Assembly: GCA_965220965.1 (NCBI GenBank)
Contig: CBDCRI010000001.1
Span: 256,001 to 320,000, forward strand
Origin: Candidatus Marinacidobacterium sp.
GTDB taxonomy: Bacteria > Acidobacteriota > Vicinamibacteria > Marinacidobacterales > Marinacidobacteraceae
Length of the DNA: 64,000 bases
Direction of reading: 5' to 3'
Shown: positions 27,535 to 37,464 of the stretch, in pieces
Position numbering within the stretch: the stretch's first letter is position 1
Layout: every line of letters starts with the position of its first letter
Program-made: the position numbers and the translations under genes
The notes under the pieces: model-generated
The model's input: the letters and a program-made list of their open reading frames with translations, nothing else
What the model was told of the DNA's origin: nothing
Databases searched by the model: none

Positions 27535-27798
27535 GCGTTCCCGCGACGCGGGATGACCCGAGCAACGTGCGCAGTACGGCAGTCGCGACGTAACGTTCCC
27601 CGCCTTGCGGGGATGCTTGGGCTTCGGCCCAAGGCGCGCGTCAAGCGCATCCCCGCATGGGCGGGGCCGTCATTCGGAATCAACGCACCATCGGCCCGAT
27701 AAAGGGCCCATCCCCGCATTCGGCGGGGAAGGCGCTTGCCTTGCGCGCTACCGCCTGCTTCACCTCGTGGGGTCCATCCCCGCCTGGGCGGGGCCATG
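27535..27798. CRISPR. two convergent mini-arrays of degenerate type I-E-like repeats (2 on +, 3 on -)
   Basis: five CCC(C)GC-loop-GCGGG(G)ATG palindromes separated by 32, 32 and 36 nt unique spacers. Confidence 0.65.
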
Positions 27799-28428
27799 CG
27801 GCAATGGCTGATGATAGCGGAGGCGGGGGCTCAGCGCACAAGGGACAGGCCGGCCCGGCGCCATTCCCTGACCCAGTCGATGTGGCGGGCCTCGCCCTCC
27901 TCCTTGGCCTCCCCGCACGGGAACGGGCACGGGGAGCCCGGGCCGGACCAGCTCCCGCACGAGCAGTGATGGCCGGTGTGGCGCCCGGCCAGCCGCCCGC
28001 CTTGGCCCGACGGCCTTCGCCAGCCGCCGCCCTCGGCGGCGAAGCGCCCCAGCGAGGTCGGGCTGCCGCTTGAGCCGTCCACGCCGGACCGAAGGACCGT
28101 CACCGTCCTCCGCTGCGCCGCACCGCTGCGCTTGACGGTCGTGGCGGGCATCAGACCTGTCATGGTCTCTCGCAAGCGCCTCCAACCCGCTGTTTTTCCG
28201 CTTTATTCCGTCGCCGATCCAAGCCGGGCGGCCCTGGAGAGGGGAGCGGCCGGCGCCTTGGAGGCGGCTGTGCAGGGGTGCGGGAGGGGCTGGCCAGGCC
28301 CGCGTTGCTAGAATCGCCGTGACGCCACCGAACAGGAAGCGCGCCAGTGCCGGGCGACCGACCTTCGGACCCTGCCAAGCGGCCGGCCCCCTCCGCGGGC
28401 CGGGCGCCGCGCTAGGCGCGCAAGGGCC

Positions 28429-29040
28429 ATGGCCAAGCTGACGACGAAAGCCGAGTTCCTCTACCAGGTCGACCTGCCCGACGGCGTGGACGCCGCCGTT
28501 GCCGCGGCGGCGATGGATGCGGTGATGAACGCGCCCGCCCGTTGGGAGGCGCCCTCCCGCGCGGATGCTCGGTTCCCGGACGCCTTCCCCATGGGCTGGC
28601 AGGGCGCGGGGGAGCATCCGCAACGGGTCCGCAAGGCCGCGGAGCCGCTGGCCCTGGCCCTGCTCGAAGCCGTTCGCGGCTTCGAAGGCGCGGTCCCGGC
28701 CGCGGCCGGGGGCGGCCCCCGCCCCCTCTCGCCGGGCGGCGCCAAGTTCAGGGACGGCGGCAAGCACGGTGCGCGCGGCGTGCTGGTGGGCGCCTTCGGC
28801 GCGGGCGACCCGGAGGCCGCGGCGGCTGTGACGTCCGCGGTCCTCAAGCACTTCGGCCTCGACCCGTTCTGGTTCGAGTGGCGGGAGCCGGAAGGCCAGC
28901 CGGCCCCGGCGCGGATGGGCGCCGCGGCCTGCAGCCCGGCCGGCGGGGAGGTCATTGACCTGTCGCCGGGAAGGCGGCCAGCCGCCGCCGGGGGCCGCCG
29001 CCAGCCGGAATCGAGCCGGCCCGGCCCGCCGCGGCCCTAG
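28429..29040 (+). CDS. hypothetical protein, paralog of 58740-59363
   Basis: AVMNAPARW / FGLDPFWFEW vs AVVNGPARW / FGLPPVGFAW. Confidence 0.6.
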   Translation: MAKLTTKAEFLYQVDLPDGVDAAVAAAAMDAVMNAPARWEAPSRADARFPDAFPMGWQGAGEHPQRVRKAAEPLALALLEAVRGFEGAVPAAAGGGPRPLSPGGAKFRDGGKHGARGVLVGAFGAGDPEAAAAVTSAVLKHFGLDPFWFEWREPEGQPAPARMGAAACSPAGGEVIDLSPGRRPAAAGGRRQPESSRPGPPRP

Positions 29041-29195
29041 GACGGACGCCCCGCCATCGCCCGGACGCCCGTGGCGAAGCGCAAGCCCCGGCACCGCCAA
29101 GCCCCCCCTCCGGGGCGGGGGCGCGGGTCCGGCGCGGGCGCGAACTCCTACAATGAGGCCAAGCCCGCAGGTTCCGTCCACCGAGGAGATTCCCC

Positions 29196-30569
29196 ATGAC
29201 CGAGCACCTTGACGGCACGCCCGGCGTCCCCGGCGCGGCCTTCGCCGTGAGCGCGTCCGACGCGCTGGCCGCCGCTCGCCACCTTGCGGCCCCGGAGGGC
29301 CACGGCGGCCGCCCCGAGTGGGACATGGCCATGGCCGAGCGCCTCGCCGAGGAGGGCTTCCTGGCGCGGCTGCGGCGGGCGGCGGCGCCGGAGAGCGCGC
29401 AGCCCGTGTCGCCGCTGGCCGCGCTTTGGACGGAAAGGCTGCTGGGCGCGGCCCCGCGCTACCTGCGGGAGGACGGGCAATGGCTGGCGTCAACCGCGGG
29501 CGCCATGCTGCCGGCCAGCCGGCTCACCGGCAGCTTCAGCGATTCCTGGCGAATCCGCCGGGCGCGCGATGCCGCCTGGAACGCGGCGCGGGACGCCTTG
29601 GCCTGCGCCCTGCCGCTCCTGCCGCCGGAGGCTTGGCGGGGGCCGCCCGGGCTTGCGGAGGGCCTTGGCCCTGAGCCGGCGGTCGAGCCCCTGGACGGGA
29701 ACGCGCCCTGCGACCGCCTCTCCGGACGGCGCCTGCTGGGCATGATCGAGCGCTTGGGCAGGGACGCCGCCGCAGCTCGGATCGATGAGCGCTCCGAGCC
29801 GCTCCGGCCCGGTCCGGAGGCCGCCCGCAGGCTCGGGCTGATGGCCGATTGCGTGTCCCTTTCGGCGTTTGTCGAGCTGGAGGTGCGGTACGTTTGGGCG
29901 GGGCCCGTCCCGGGAGCGACGCGCCAGCGGGTCTTCAGGGAGGCCTTGGGCGGAGCGGTCCGGGCGCTGGGGGGCGAGGGGATCGGCGATGCGCTGGTCC
30001 GGTCCGCCATCGGCCTGGCGACGGTCCGCTTCCACGGCGGGCCAGCCGAGTCGGGGCGGCACCTGGCGCACGCCCATCGGGTCGAGGCGCTGGTGAACGT
30101 CCACGGCGGCACCCCGGAGCAACGGTGCGCCGCCCTGCTCCACCGCTTTCGCGACGCCGAGCCCCCGCCGGACCCAGAGATTGCCGACGGGCTCGCGGGG
30201 CTCAGCCTGAGCGGGCACTTCGGCCCGCAGGTGGCCGCCCTGGTCGAGGGGCTGTCGGAAAGGAGCCGGCCCGGCGACGGGGACCGGGCCGCCCGCCGGG
30301 CCATCGACCACGCCCATTGGGCGGACCAGCCGCCGATGGCGAAGGCGGTGCGCTGCGCGGACGTCGCCTGCCGCCTGACGGCCTTGCGCGATGGGGACGC
30401 GGACGCCGCGAGGCGCGGAATCGACGAGGCGCGCGCGCTGGTGCCGCGGCTCAGCGACGCAGTGCCCAAGTCGCTGTGGACCGCGGCCGAGGAGGCGCTG
30501 GCGGCGGCTGAGGCGCTTTTTCCGGAGGGGCCGGCGGCCGGCCTGCGTTCGAGCCCGCCCGCGCCCTGA
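29196..30569 (+). CDS. protein with a C-terminal degenerate SpoT/Mesh1-like HD domain
   Basis: H..RV...V, AALLHR (HD lost), FGPQVAALVEGLS, AKAVRCAD. Confidence 0.6.
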   Translation: MTEHLDGTPGVPGAAFAVSASDALAAARHLAAPEGHGGRPEWDMAMAERLAEEGFLARLRRAAAPESAQPVSPLAALWTERLLGAAPRYLREDGQWLASTAGAMLPASRLTGSFSDSWRIRRARDAAWNAARDALACALPLLPPEAWRGPPGLAEGLGPEPAVEPLDGNAPCDRLSGRRLLGMIERLGRDAAAARIDERSEPLRPGPEAARRLGLMADCVSLSAFVELEVRYVWAGPVPGATRQRVFREALGGAVRALGGEGIGDALVRSAIGLATVRFHGGPAESGRHLAHAHRVEALVNVHGGTPEQRCAALLHRFRDAEPPPDPEIADGLAGLSLSGHFGPQVAALVEGLSERSRPGDGDRAARRAIDHAHWADQPPMAKAVRCADVACRLTALRDGDADAARRGIDEARALVPRLSDAVPKSLWTAAEEALAAAEALFPEGPAAGLRSSPPAP

Positions 30570-30587
30570 GCGCGGCCCCAGGCGGCC

Positions 30588-31145
30588 CTACGGGCCGATC
30601 GAGGCGCCGCGGGGCTTGGCCGCGGGGGGCAGCCGGGACGCCTCGCGCTCGGCCGAGAAGGGAAATCCCATGCGCGCCATCGCCCCCGCCATGGCGGCCA
30701 CCGCGCCGGCGGCGTGGTGGATGCTGTCCTCAAGCACGTTGGCGCCCAGCCAGTCCGCCCGCCAAAGGCCGCGCCAGGAGCCGTCGTCCTCCAGCTGGCG
30801 CGTGACCGCGATGATCGTGGGGCCGCCGAACTGCCTCCAGGGCCGGTCCCCGCGCCTGGCGGGCGTGATGTAGGCGTAGGCGTGGACGGTGCCCGCGGGG
30901 TTGCCGCGCCACTCGTGGCGCGGCACCGCGAGTCGCCTTCCCACCGCGTAGCCGCTCATGCCCTCGATCCGCGCCAGGTCGCCCACCCACCACGGCTCGC
31001 GCTCCCACATCTCGGCCTCGATGAGCTCGCCCGCGGTGATCTCCCCAGCTTTGCGGCGCGCGGCCGCCTCGGGGGCCCATCGGCCGGTGTCCCGAACGAG
31101 CAGGCCGTCGTCGAGGGCCGCCCCGATGTCGCCGTAGACCTTCAT
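30588..31145 (-). CDS. hypothetical protein
   Basis: GAGGGG RBS, TATAAT upstream. Confidence 0.55.
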   Translation of the reverse strand: MKVYGDIGAALDDGLLVRDTGRWAPEAAARRKAGEITAGELIEAEMWEREPWWVGDLARIEGMSGYAVGRRLAVPRHEWRGNPAGTVHAYAYITPARRGDRPWRQFGGPTIIAVTRQLEDDGSWRGLWRADWLGANVLEDSIHHAAGAVAAMAGAMARMGFPFSAEREASRLPPAAKPRGASIGP

Positions 31146-31205
31146 GGTGCCGTGCCCCCCTCAATTCGCGTGCCTGCCTTGCCGCCCTCGGGCGGCGCTC
31201 CCCGA

Positions 31206-31985
31206 TTATAGGAAGCCGCCGGCCCGCGGGGCCGGGCACCCGGCTCCCGGGGCGCAGCTTCGGCGAGGCGCCCAGCGCCCGGCCCGCAGGGCCTCCCAGG
31301 CGGCGCGGTCGATCAGCGTCTCGCGGTGGCGCGCCCGCTCGTGGGCGCTGAGCCGCTCGAACGGCCACTGGGCGAGGGCGTCGCCGATGAAGGCGGCCGC
31401 TGCGGGCGACAGCTCGCGGACGCGCCCGCCCGCGCAGGCGCGGACCAGCCGGACCGCCATGCCGAGCGGGTTCGGGGAGTCCCTCAGCACCACGTCGAGG
31501 CGGCCCTTGGCCAGATCCTCGAACCACCCGTCCGCGCACAGCAGCCGGCCGTCCGAGAGCCGCCAGAGCGCGCTCTCCCAGTTGCTGATCGTGGTGCGCA
31601 GCAGGGACTCGACGCCGGCGTACTCGACCAGCCCGGCGCGCACCGCCCAGGTCTCGCCAGCGGCCCAGAAGTCCACGGCCCAGCGGCGCGTGCGCGCCCG
31701 CCGCCCCCCGAGCCGGCTGTCGCCGAGCGGGACGGCGCCGGACGGCAGGGCCACGGCGCGGACGTCCCCCTCGCAGACCAGGTCGAGGTCGGCGCCGTCG
31801 CGCGGCGCGCCGAGCAGCGCGAGGTCGCGCAGCGCCCCGCCGAACAGCCAGACCTCGCCCTGAAGGGCGAGTCCGTCCAAAAGCTGCGCCAGGGGCGGGT
31901 CGTCGCGCCGCTCGCGGTCCAGGAAGCGCCTGGCCCGGCGCCGCAGCTCGGCGGCGCCCCCGGCCGGACGTCGGGGCGCGTTCAC
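31206..31985 (-). CDS. minimal poly(A) polymerase/CCA-head-like nucleotidyltransferase
   Basis: LFGGALRD...DLDLV; GTGA coupling to upstream gene. Confidence 0.65.
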   Translation of the reverse strand: MNAPRRPAGGAAELRRRARRFLDRERRDDPPLAQLLDGLALQGEVWLFGGALRDLALLGAPRDGADLDLVCEGDVRAVALPSGAVPLGDSRLGGRRARTRRWAVDFWAAGETWAVRAGLVEYAGVESLLRTTISNWESALWRLSDGRLLCADGWFEDLAKGRLDVVLRDSPNPLGMAVRLVRACAGGRVRELSPAAAAFIGDALAQWPFERLSAHERARHRETLIDRAAWEALRAGRWAPRRSCAPGAGCPAPRAGGFL

Positions 31986-32206
31986 GGGGCCGGGCCGGCG
32001 GACGGGGGCTTTGCGCCCCGCCCCGCCTTGGGCGCGCCGCTGGGCGCGTCCCCGTCGATGGCGAGGATGCCGTCGGCGCCGCCGCCGCAGGCCGGGCACT
32101 TGAGCGCCGCAAGCCTGCGGGCGGCCTCATCCAAGGGCATGGCCCGGTCCACCGCCCGCCACGCGTGCCCGCAGGGCTCGCAGCGGACCCCGCCGCCCCA
32201 CGCCAT
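31982..32206 (-). CDS. small zinc-ribbon protein
   Basis: CEPCGH...CPACG. Confidence 0.5.
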   Translation of the reverse strand: MAWGGGVRCEPCGHAWRAVDRAMPLDEAARRLAALKCPACGGGADGILAIDGDAPSGAPKAGRGAKPPSAGPAP

Positions 32207-32244
32207 CACCCCGCCCCTCGGTTCGCCATGCCGCCGCCCCCGCG

Positions 32245-35200
32245 CTACGGGGACATGCCGCCTGCGGCGGGGGGCCGTTTGGGTCCGGCGTCCGGCTCGT
32301 CCGGCTCCAAGGGCGGGGGCACGAACGCCGCCTCCACGGCCGGCCAGCCCGGCGCGCAGAGCAGCGAGCCGCGGTCCCACGCCGCCTGGTCCAGCCAGCG
32401 GCTGTTGCGGTCGCGCACCACGTACCCGCCGCCGGCATGGGGGAAGCTCTGCCAGTAGCCGCGGTGCGCCGTGAGCCACTCCCAAAGCAGGCCCTCGCCC
32501 CGCGCGTCCGCGCTGAGGCGCACGGTGCCCGCGCCGCTCCTGTTGAAGTCGTGGCGGCCCCACGAGCCCACGGTCCTAAGCAGCGGCGAATCGGCAAAGG
32601 CGAAGTGCCTTCCCATTGCGTAGGGCAGCGTGATGAGGTCCTTGGGCAGCCGGCTTGCCAGCGCGTGCGCCGAGCAGAGGTGGAAGCGCGCCATGAGGAG
32701 GTGCTCGCGCGGGGCTTTGGGCCGCTCGTAGACCCTGTCCCAGTGCTCGAGGAAGCGTCCGCGCAGCCCCTCGGGAAGCCGCTCGTGGTAGCCGTACGCC
32801 AGCAGGTCGACCGCCGCGAACCCCACCCGAACCGCGGTCGAGCCGTCCGGCGCGCGCCCGCGCACGCAGCCCATGGGCACCAGCAGGTCCACCTCCGGCG
32901 CCCTGCCCTTCCACCGCCATTGGCGCCCCACCAAGCGCACCGCGTCCGCCATGGCCTCCAGCAGCTCCTCGCCCTCCCACTCGCCGCGCAGCAGGGCGGC
33001 GCCCCGCTCATCGGCCATCCATCGGTCCAGCCGCTCCCACATGCCGGGGGAGACGGCCAGCATGTCGGGCGTGGCGTCAACCCAACGCGGGCTCGGGACG
33101 CCGGGGTCGCGCCAAAGGAGCGCCTCGCCGCCGGCGCCGGGCGAGAGCAGGCCGCCGGGCGCCGGCGAGGGGCCGCCGACCCGGCGCCAGCCCGTGGCGG
33201 TCCGGCGCAGCACCGAGCGCTCGACGGCCTCGGGCTCGGTGGCGCGCGCCGGCTGCGGCGCCGGCCGCCGGTAGGCGGCCAGCTGGCCGTTGGCGAGGGC
33301 CGCCAAGGCGCAGGGCGCCCCCCCGGCCGGGCCGGCGGCCGCGTCGATGAGCGCCTCGGGGGCCGCCCGGCCTTCGGCCAGGGCGCCCAGCGTGCCCAGC
33401 AGCGAGGCGCAGGCGGCGTCGAACCCGTCCTCGCCGGAGCGGGGCATGGGGGCGTCGAAGACGCCCCGCTGCCAGGCGTAGGCGGCATCGGCCCACAGCG
33501 CCGCGGGATCCTCGACCCCCTCGGCCCGGGCCGCCGCCAGCACGACGGCGCGGGCGTCCGCCTGGTTGGCGCGCACCTCCCTCAGCACGCCCCGCAGCCG
33601 CTCGAAGCTCGCGTAGTAGCGCAGGTAGTGCACGCGCGAGCGCCTGGACAGCAGGTGGCGCTCGATCTCCGGGAGGTCGTCGACCCGCGGGGCGCACAGC
33701 GGCATGCCGGCATTCCCCCATCGGAGCCCGTCGCCGCCCAGCCCGTCCAGGAAGACCTTGGCCTGCTGGCTCTGGAAGCCGGGGCCTTCGCGGCGCGCGC
33801 GAACCATCGGCATCTCCACGTAGGGGCGCCCGTGCGAGAGGCGCACGGTGGCATGGCCGAACTGCTCCGCAACGTCCCACCACTGCCCCCGCAACGCCTT
33901 GTACCGCTCCCTCGGCACGAGCTCCTCGCAGGCGGCCACGGCGTGCCAGTTGCAGAGCAGGCGCGCGCCGGGGGCGATGCGCTGCGCGGTCAGGCGGCTC
34001 AGCGCCCCGTCGAGGGACTCCAGGGCGTCGTCCTCCAGCAGCGCCTCGTCGTCGGCCACCCACTTGAGCGCCGCCGGGGCCGCGTCGGCGTCGAGCCACA
34101 TGTTGGACGTCCCGGAGGCCCGGAACAGCGCCTCGCGGTCCTGGACGCCCGCCAAGGTCAGCATGATGGCGCGGTAGCTGCCCTCGAAGCGCCGCACGCC
34201 CTTGACGGAGCGGTCCCAGTCGACGTGGTCCGGCGTCACCCGCTCGTCCCTGCCGAGAAACCGGACGTAGCGCGTCTGGGCTTCGCGGAGGTCCTCCCCG
34301 GTGGGCCAAAGGCGCAGGCCCTGGTGGGCGACCGAGGGCGCGAAGATGGCCCACGCGCGCCCGCCGTCGCGGTAGAGGAACCAGCGCTCGCGGTTGGCCC
34401 TGTTGCGCTCGATGTCCGCAAGCAGCGCTCCGATCTGGTCCGCCAGGTCCTCGCCCAGCTCCCGGTGCGGCGTGTGGCCGTACTTGTCCTCGCGCCGCCA
34501 CTGCATGAGGCAGAGGCCGACCGGGGCGGGGATGATGCGGTCGAGCGTCGCGTCGTCGGCGCACAGGCGGTCGATGAAGTCCGGCCAGTCGGCGATGTCG
34601 GCGCCGCCGTGGGCGAGGTGGGCGATGTACTCCTCGTCCATGAAGCGCACCGCCTGGTACATGTGCACGGGGCCTTCGGCGGCCGCCGGCTCCCCGTCCC
34701 TGACCTGCACCACCTCGACGTCGCGGCCCATGTAGGCCTCGAACTTGAACAGCGCCTCCCGGATCCGCCCCACCGTCCTCTGCGGACCCACCATCAAGGC
34801 CTGGGCGTGGGCCTCGCGGTGGTCCGCGTGGGCGCTGAGGGCGTCGGTGAGCGCCTTGGTGCGGGCCTCGAGGGCCTCGGCCAGCGCGGTGACCTCGGGC
34901 TCGGTCGCCAGGATGGCCCGCGAGGCCGCCCGCCGTTCGTCCGCGGCCGCGCCGGGGCCCGGCAGCGGCAGGGGCCGGCTGGCGCGCGCCTCGATCGCGG
35001 CCACCGCCGCCTGCTGCGCCTCGGCCGCGGCCCGCGCGGCGGCGTCGAGCCGCTGCCAGACCTCGGACTGGTCCTCGAGGTGGACGTGGGCGCGCAGGAA
35101 CTCGTCGAAGTGCATCTTCTCCGAGTGCGCGCTGCGCGGCTGGGCGCCCGGGCGCGGGGCGTGGCGCACGGTGACGGCATGGACCTCGCCGTCGACCAGG

Positions 35201-35367
35201 TGGACGTCCTCGACCAGCGCCAGCCAGCCGTCCTCGCGGATTCGCCAGTGCTCCCCGGGCGTGGGCGTGATCGCCTCGATGCGGTCCACGCGGGCCGCCT
35301 CCGGGCGGGGGCGCTCGGCGGGAAGCCCGGCGGCCTCCCCGTCGGGATCGGCGTCGGGGGCGCTCAA
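32245..35367 (-). CDS. large (~1040 aa) hypothetical protein of MGE type
   Basis: TTGA overlap with upstream stop; coiled-coil region then YQ...MDEE...P....RR..K globular region. Confidence 0.7.
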   Translation of the reverse strand: MSAPDADPDGEAAGLPAERPRPEAARVDRIEAITPTPGEHWRIREDGWLALVEDVHLVDGEVHAVTVRHAPRPGAQPRSAHSEKMHFDEFLRAHVHLEDQSEVWQRLDAAARAAAEAQQAAVAAIEARASRPLPLPGPGAAADERRAASRAILATEPEVTALAEALEARTKALTDALSAHADHREAHAQALMVGPQRTVGRIREALFKFEAYMGRDVEVVQVRDGEPAAAEGPVHMYQAVRFMDEEYIAHLAHGGADIADWPDFIDRLCADDATLDRIIPAPVGLCLMQWRREDKYGHTPHRELGEDLADQIGALLADIERNRANRERWFLYRDGGRAWAIFAPSVAHQGLRLWPTGEDLREAQTRYVRFLGRDERVTPDHVDWDRSVKGVRRFEGSYRAIMLTLAGVQDREALFRASGTSNMWLDADAAPAALKWVADDEALLEDDALESLDGALSRLTAQRIAPGARLLCNWHAVAACEELVPRERYKALRGQWWDVAEQFGHATVRLSHGRPYVEMPMVRARREGPGFQSQQAKVFLDGLGGDGLRWGNAGMPLCAPRVDDLPEIERHLLSRRSRVHYLRYYASFERLRGVLREVRANQADARAVVLAAARAEGVEDPAALWADAAYAWQRGVFDAPMPRSGEDGFDAACASLLGTLGALAEGRAAPEALIDAAAGPAGGAPCALAALANGQLAAYRRPAPQPARATEPEAVERSVLRRTATGWRRVGGPSPAPGGLLSPGAGGEALLWRDPGVPSPRWVDATPDMLAVSPGMWERLDRWMADERGAALLRGEWEGEELLEAMADAVRLVGRQWRWKGRAPEVDLLVPMGCVRGRAPDGSTAVRVGFAAVDLLAYGYHERLPEGLRGRFLEHWDRVYERPKAPREHLLMARFHLCSAHALASRLPKDLITLPYAMGRHFAFADSPLLRTVGSWGRHDFNRSGAGTVRLSADARGEGLLWEWLTAHRGYWQSFPHAGGGYVVRDRNSRWLDQAAWDRGSLLCAPGWPAVEAAFVPPPLEPDEPDAGPKRPPAAGGMSP

Positions 35368-36386
35368 GGGGAGGGGCTCCGCAGCTTGGCGCCGGCCGCG
35401 CCCTTGGCGGGCGGGCCGCTCACGGAGCCGGCGGCGGCCTGCCGAAGCCGGTCCGCGGAAGCGGGCCCGCGCCGGAACCGTTCGAGCCGCGGCCCCTCGG
35501 CCGGGCAAAGGCCCCAGCCCGCCCGGAAGCCCGCGCTGGGCAGGATGCCGTCGTCGCCGTGCCATTCGAGCCAATCGAACGCGACGGGATCCAGGCCGGC
35601 CTCGGCCGACAGGGCGCTGACCGCCTCCGCGCAGGGGGCGAGCGGGGCCGCCGCCTGCGAGAAGACGGCCGGCCCCCCGATAGTCATGTTGAGCCAGGCC
35701 ACCGAAGCGCCCGGCGCGAGCACCGCAAGGGGCGCATCGCTCCCGCAGGCCGCCTTGAGGCCAGGGCCGTTGCGGGCGGCAATGCGGGCGAACAGGCGGC
35801 CGGCAAGCGCCGCCTCGGGATCGCCCCCGCGCCGCAAGGGGAACAGCTCGCCGAGGGGCACCCGCTCGCCGCGGCGCGCGCGCCGCCAAGGCAGCTCCGA
35901 TCGCAGGACCGCCCGCAGGGCGCCGCCGACCACCCGGAAGGCGTCGCGCGGGGCGCCGACGTCGATGGCGAACCGGGTCCTGGGCGGCACCGCCCGCCCG
36001 GATCGGGACGCCTCCCCCGGCGCCCCGAAGGCGGCCAGCCTCGCCGCACGGGCGCCGCAGGGCGCGTCCAGGGCGTGCCCGTCGGGCAGGGGCTCGCCGG
36101 ACAGGGCGAACCGCGCCGCCCGCCGGATCGCCGCGGGGGACGGCTTGCGCCCGGGCTCGGGGGGCGTGCCGCCCGCATGGCCGGTCATGGCCCCAACGCA
36201 CCACCAGAACGCCGCCTCCCCGGGCAGGGGGGCGGCCTCGGGCGCCGCGGCGTCAAGCGCCGCGCCGTCGTCCAGGGCGGCCTTGAGGGCAGCGGCCGCC
36301 GACGGACTCCGGAAGTCCGGCGGCGCCGAGATCACCGCCATGAGCAGCTTGGGCGCGTGCTTGCGCAGCAGGTCCTCAGGGGTCAT
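35364..36386 (-). CDS. hypothetical protein (tandem paralog A)
   Basis: AGGAGG RBS; MTP..LLR.HAP, PGEAAFW.CV, RELPWRR shared with neighbour. Confidence 0.75.
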   Translation of the reverse strand: MTPEDLLRKHAPKLLMAVISAPPDFRSPSAAAALKAALDDGAALDAAAPEAAPLPGEAAFWWCVGAMTGHAGGTPPEPGRKPSPAAIRRAARFALSGEPLPDGHALDAPCGARAARLAAFGAPGEASRSGRAVPPRTRFAIDVGAPRDAFRVVGGALRAVLRSELPWRRARRGERVPLGELFPLRRGGDPEAALAGRLFARIAARNGPGLKAACGSDAPLAVLAPGASVAWLNMTIGGPAVFSQAAAPLAPCAEAVSALSAEAGLDPVAFDWLEWHGDDGILPSAGFRAGWGLCPAEGPRLERFRRGPASADRLRQAAAGSVSGPPAKGAAGAKLRSPSP

Positions 36387-36425
36387 GCGTCCTCCTTTTT
36401 CTCCAATGTCCGCATCCGGCCCGGA

Positions 36426-37433
36426 TCAGGGCGACGGAGCGCCCGCCCCACCGGCGGCCGCGGCGCCCAGGGAAGGCAGCCCGGCCCCGCGCGCGTGCAG
36501 GTCCTCCGGCCGCGCCGCAAGGGGCCGTGGCCCCTCCGCGGCGCAGAGCACCCAGCCGCGGCGGAAGCTGCCGGCGTCGGCCTCGCCGCCTTCGCGGCGG
36601 AACTCGATCCACTCGAAGGCCACCGGATCGAGGCCGCCCTCCCGCACCAGGGCGCTGGCGGCCTCCGCGCAGGCATCGACCGAAGCCTCCAGCCTGGAGT
36701 CCACCTGCACGGTGCCGGGCGGCAGCCCCGGCCCCTGCCAGCGCACGCGGGCGCCGGGGGCCAGGGCCGCAAGCGGGGCCTCGCCGCCGCACGCGGCCGC
36801 AAGGCCGGGGCCGGCCCGGAAGGCGATCGTGGAGAAAAGCCGGCCCGCCAGGTCCAGTGCGCGGTCCCGCTCATGGTCGGCCTCAAGCGGGAACAGGTCG
36901 CGGGGGGGCACCCGCTCGCCACGGCGCTGGCGCCGCCAAGGCAGCTCCCGGCGCAAAACCGCCCGCAGGGCCTTGCCCGCAATCCAGGTCTCGCGAAGGG
37001 GCGTTCGGAGCTCGATGGCGAAGCGCGACTGGGCCGCCGCGGCGCCGCCCGCAAGGCACGTCCCGACGGCGGCGAGCCGCGCGGCGCGCACGCCCGGCCG
37101 GGCGTCCAGGGCCAGGCCCGCGGGCAGGGGCTCCCCGGCCGCGGCGCGCTCAGCGTTGCGGCGGACGCCGTCAAGCAGCTCAAGGGCCGCCGTGCTCCGC
37201 TCCGGGTGCGGCAGGTCGCAAAGGCGCAGCAGGCTCTCGACGCACCGCCAGAAGGCCGCCTCCCCGGGCACCGGGTCGGCGTCGGGGAACGCCTCGCAGA
37301 GCGCCTCCTCATCGTCGAGCACGGCGCTGAGGTCGGCGAGCATGGCCGGGCCGGCCGCCTCCCGAAGGCCCGCCTCGCGGATGCGCGCGATCAGGTTGGG
37401 GGCGTGCCTCCTGAGCAGCTCGTGGGGCGTCAT
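36426..37433 (-). CDS. hypothetical protein (tandem paralog B)
   Basis: AGGAGG RBS; collinear similarity with 35364-36386. Confidence 0.75.
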   Translation of the reverse strand: MTPHELLRRHAPNLIARIREAGLREAAGPAMLADLSAVLDDEEALCEAFPDADPVPGEAAFWRCVESLLRLCDLPHPERSTAALELLDGVRRNAERAAAGEPLPAGLALDARPGVRAARLAAVGTCLAGGAAAAQSRFAIELRTPLRETWIAGKALRAVLRRELPWRRQRRGERVPPRDLFPLEADHERDRALDLAGRLFSTIAFRAGPGLAAACGGEAPLAALAPGARVRWQGPGLPPGTVQVDSRLEASVDACAEAASALVREGGLDPVAFEWIEFRREGGEADAGSFRRGWVLCAAEGPRPLAARPEDLHARGAGLPSLGAAAAGGAGAPSP

Positions 37434-37464
37434 GCGGCCTCCTTGGCGGCGGGTTCCGCCCGGA

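Noticed and set aside
27535-27798. Array belonging to the type I-D system
   Set aside because: Repeat length and CCCCGC/GCGGGG stem are I-E-like, and it is over 30 kb from the I-D genes.
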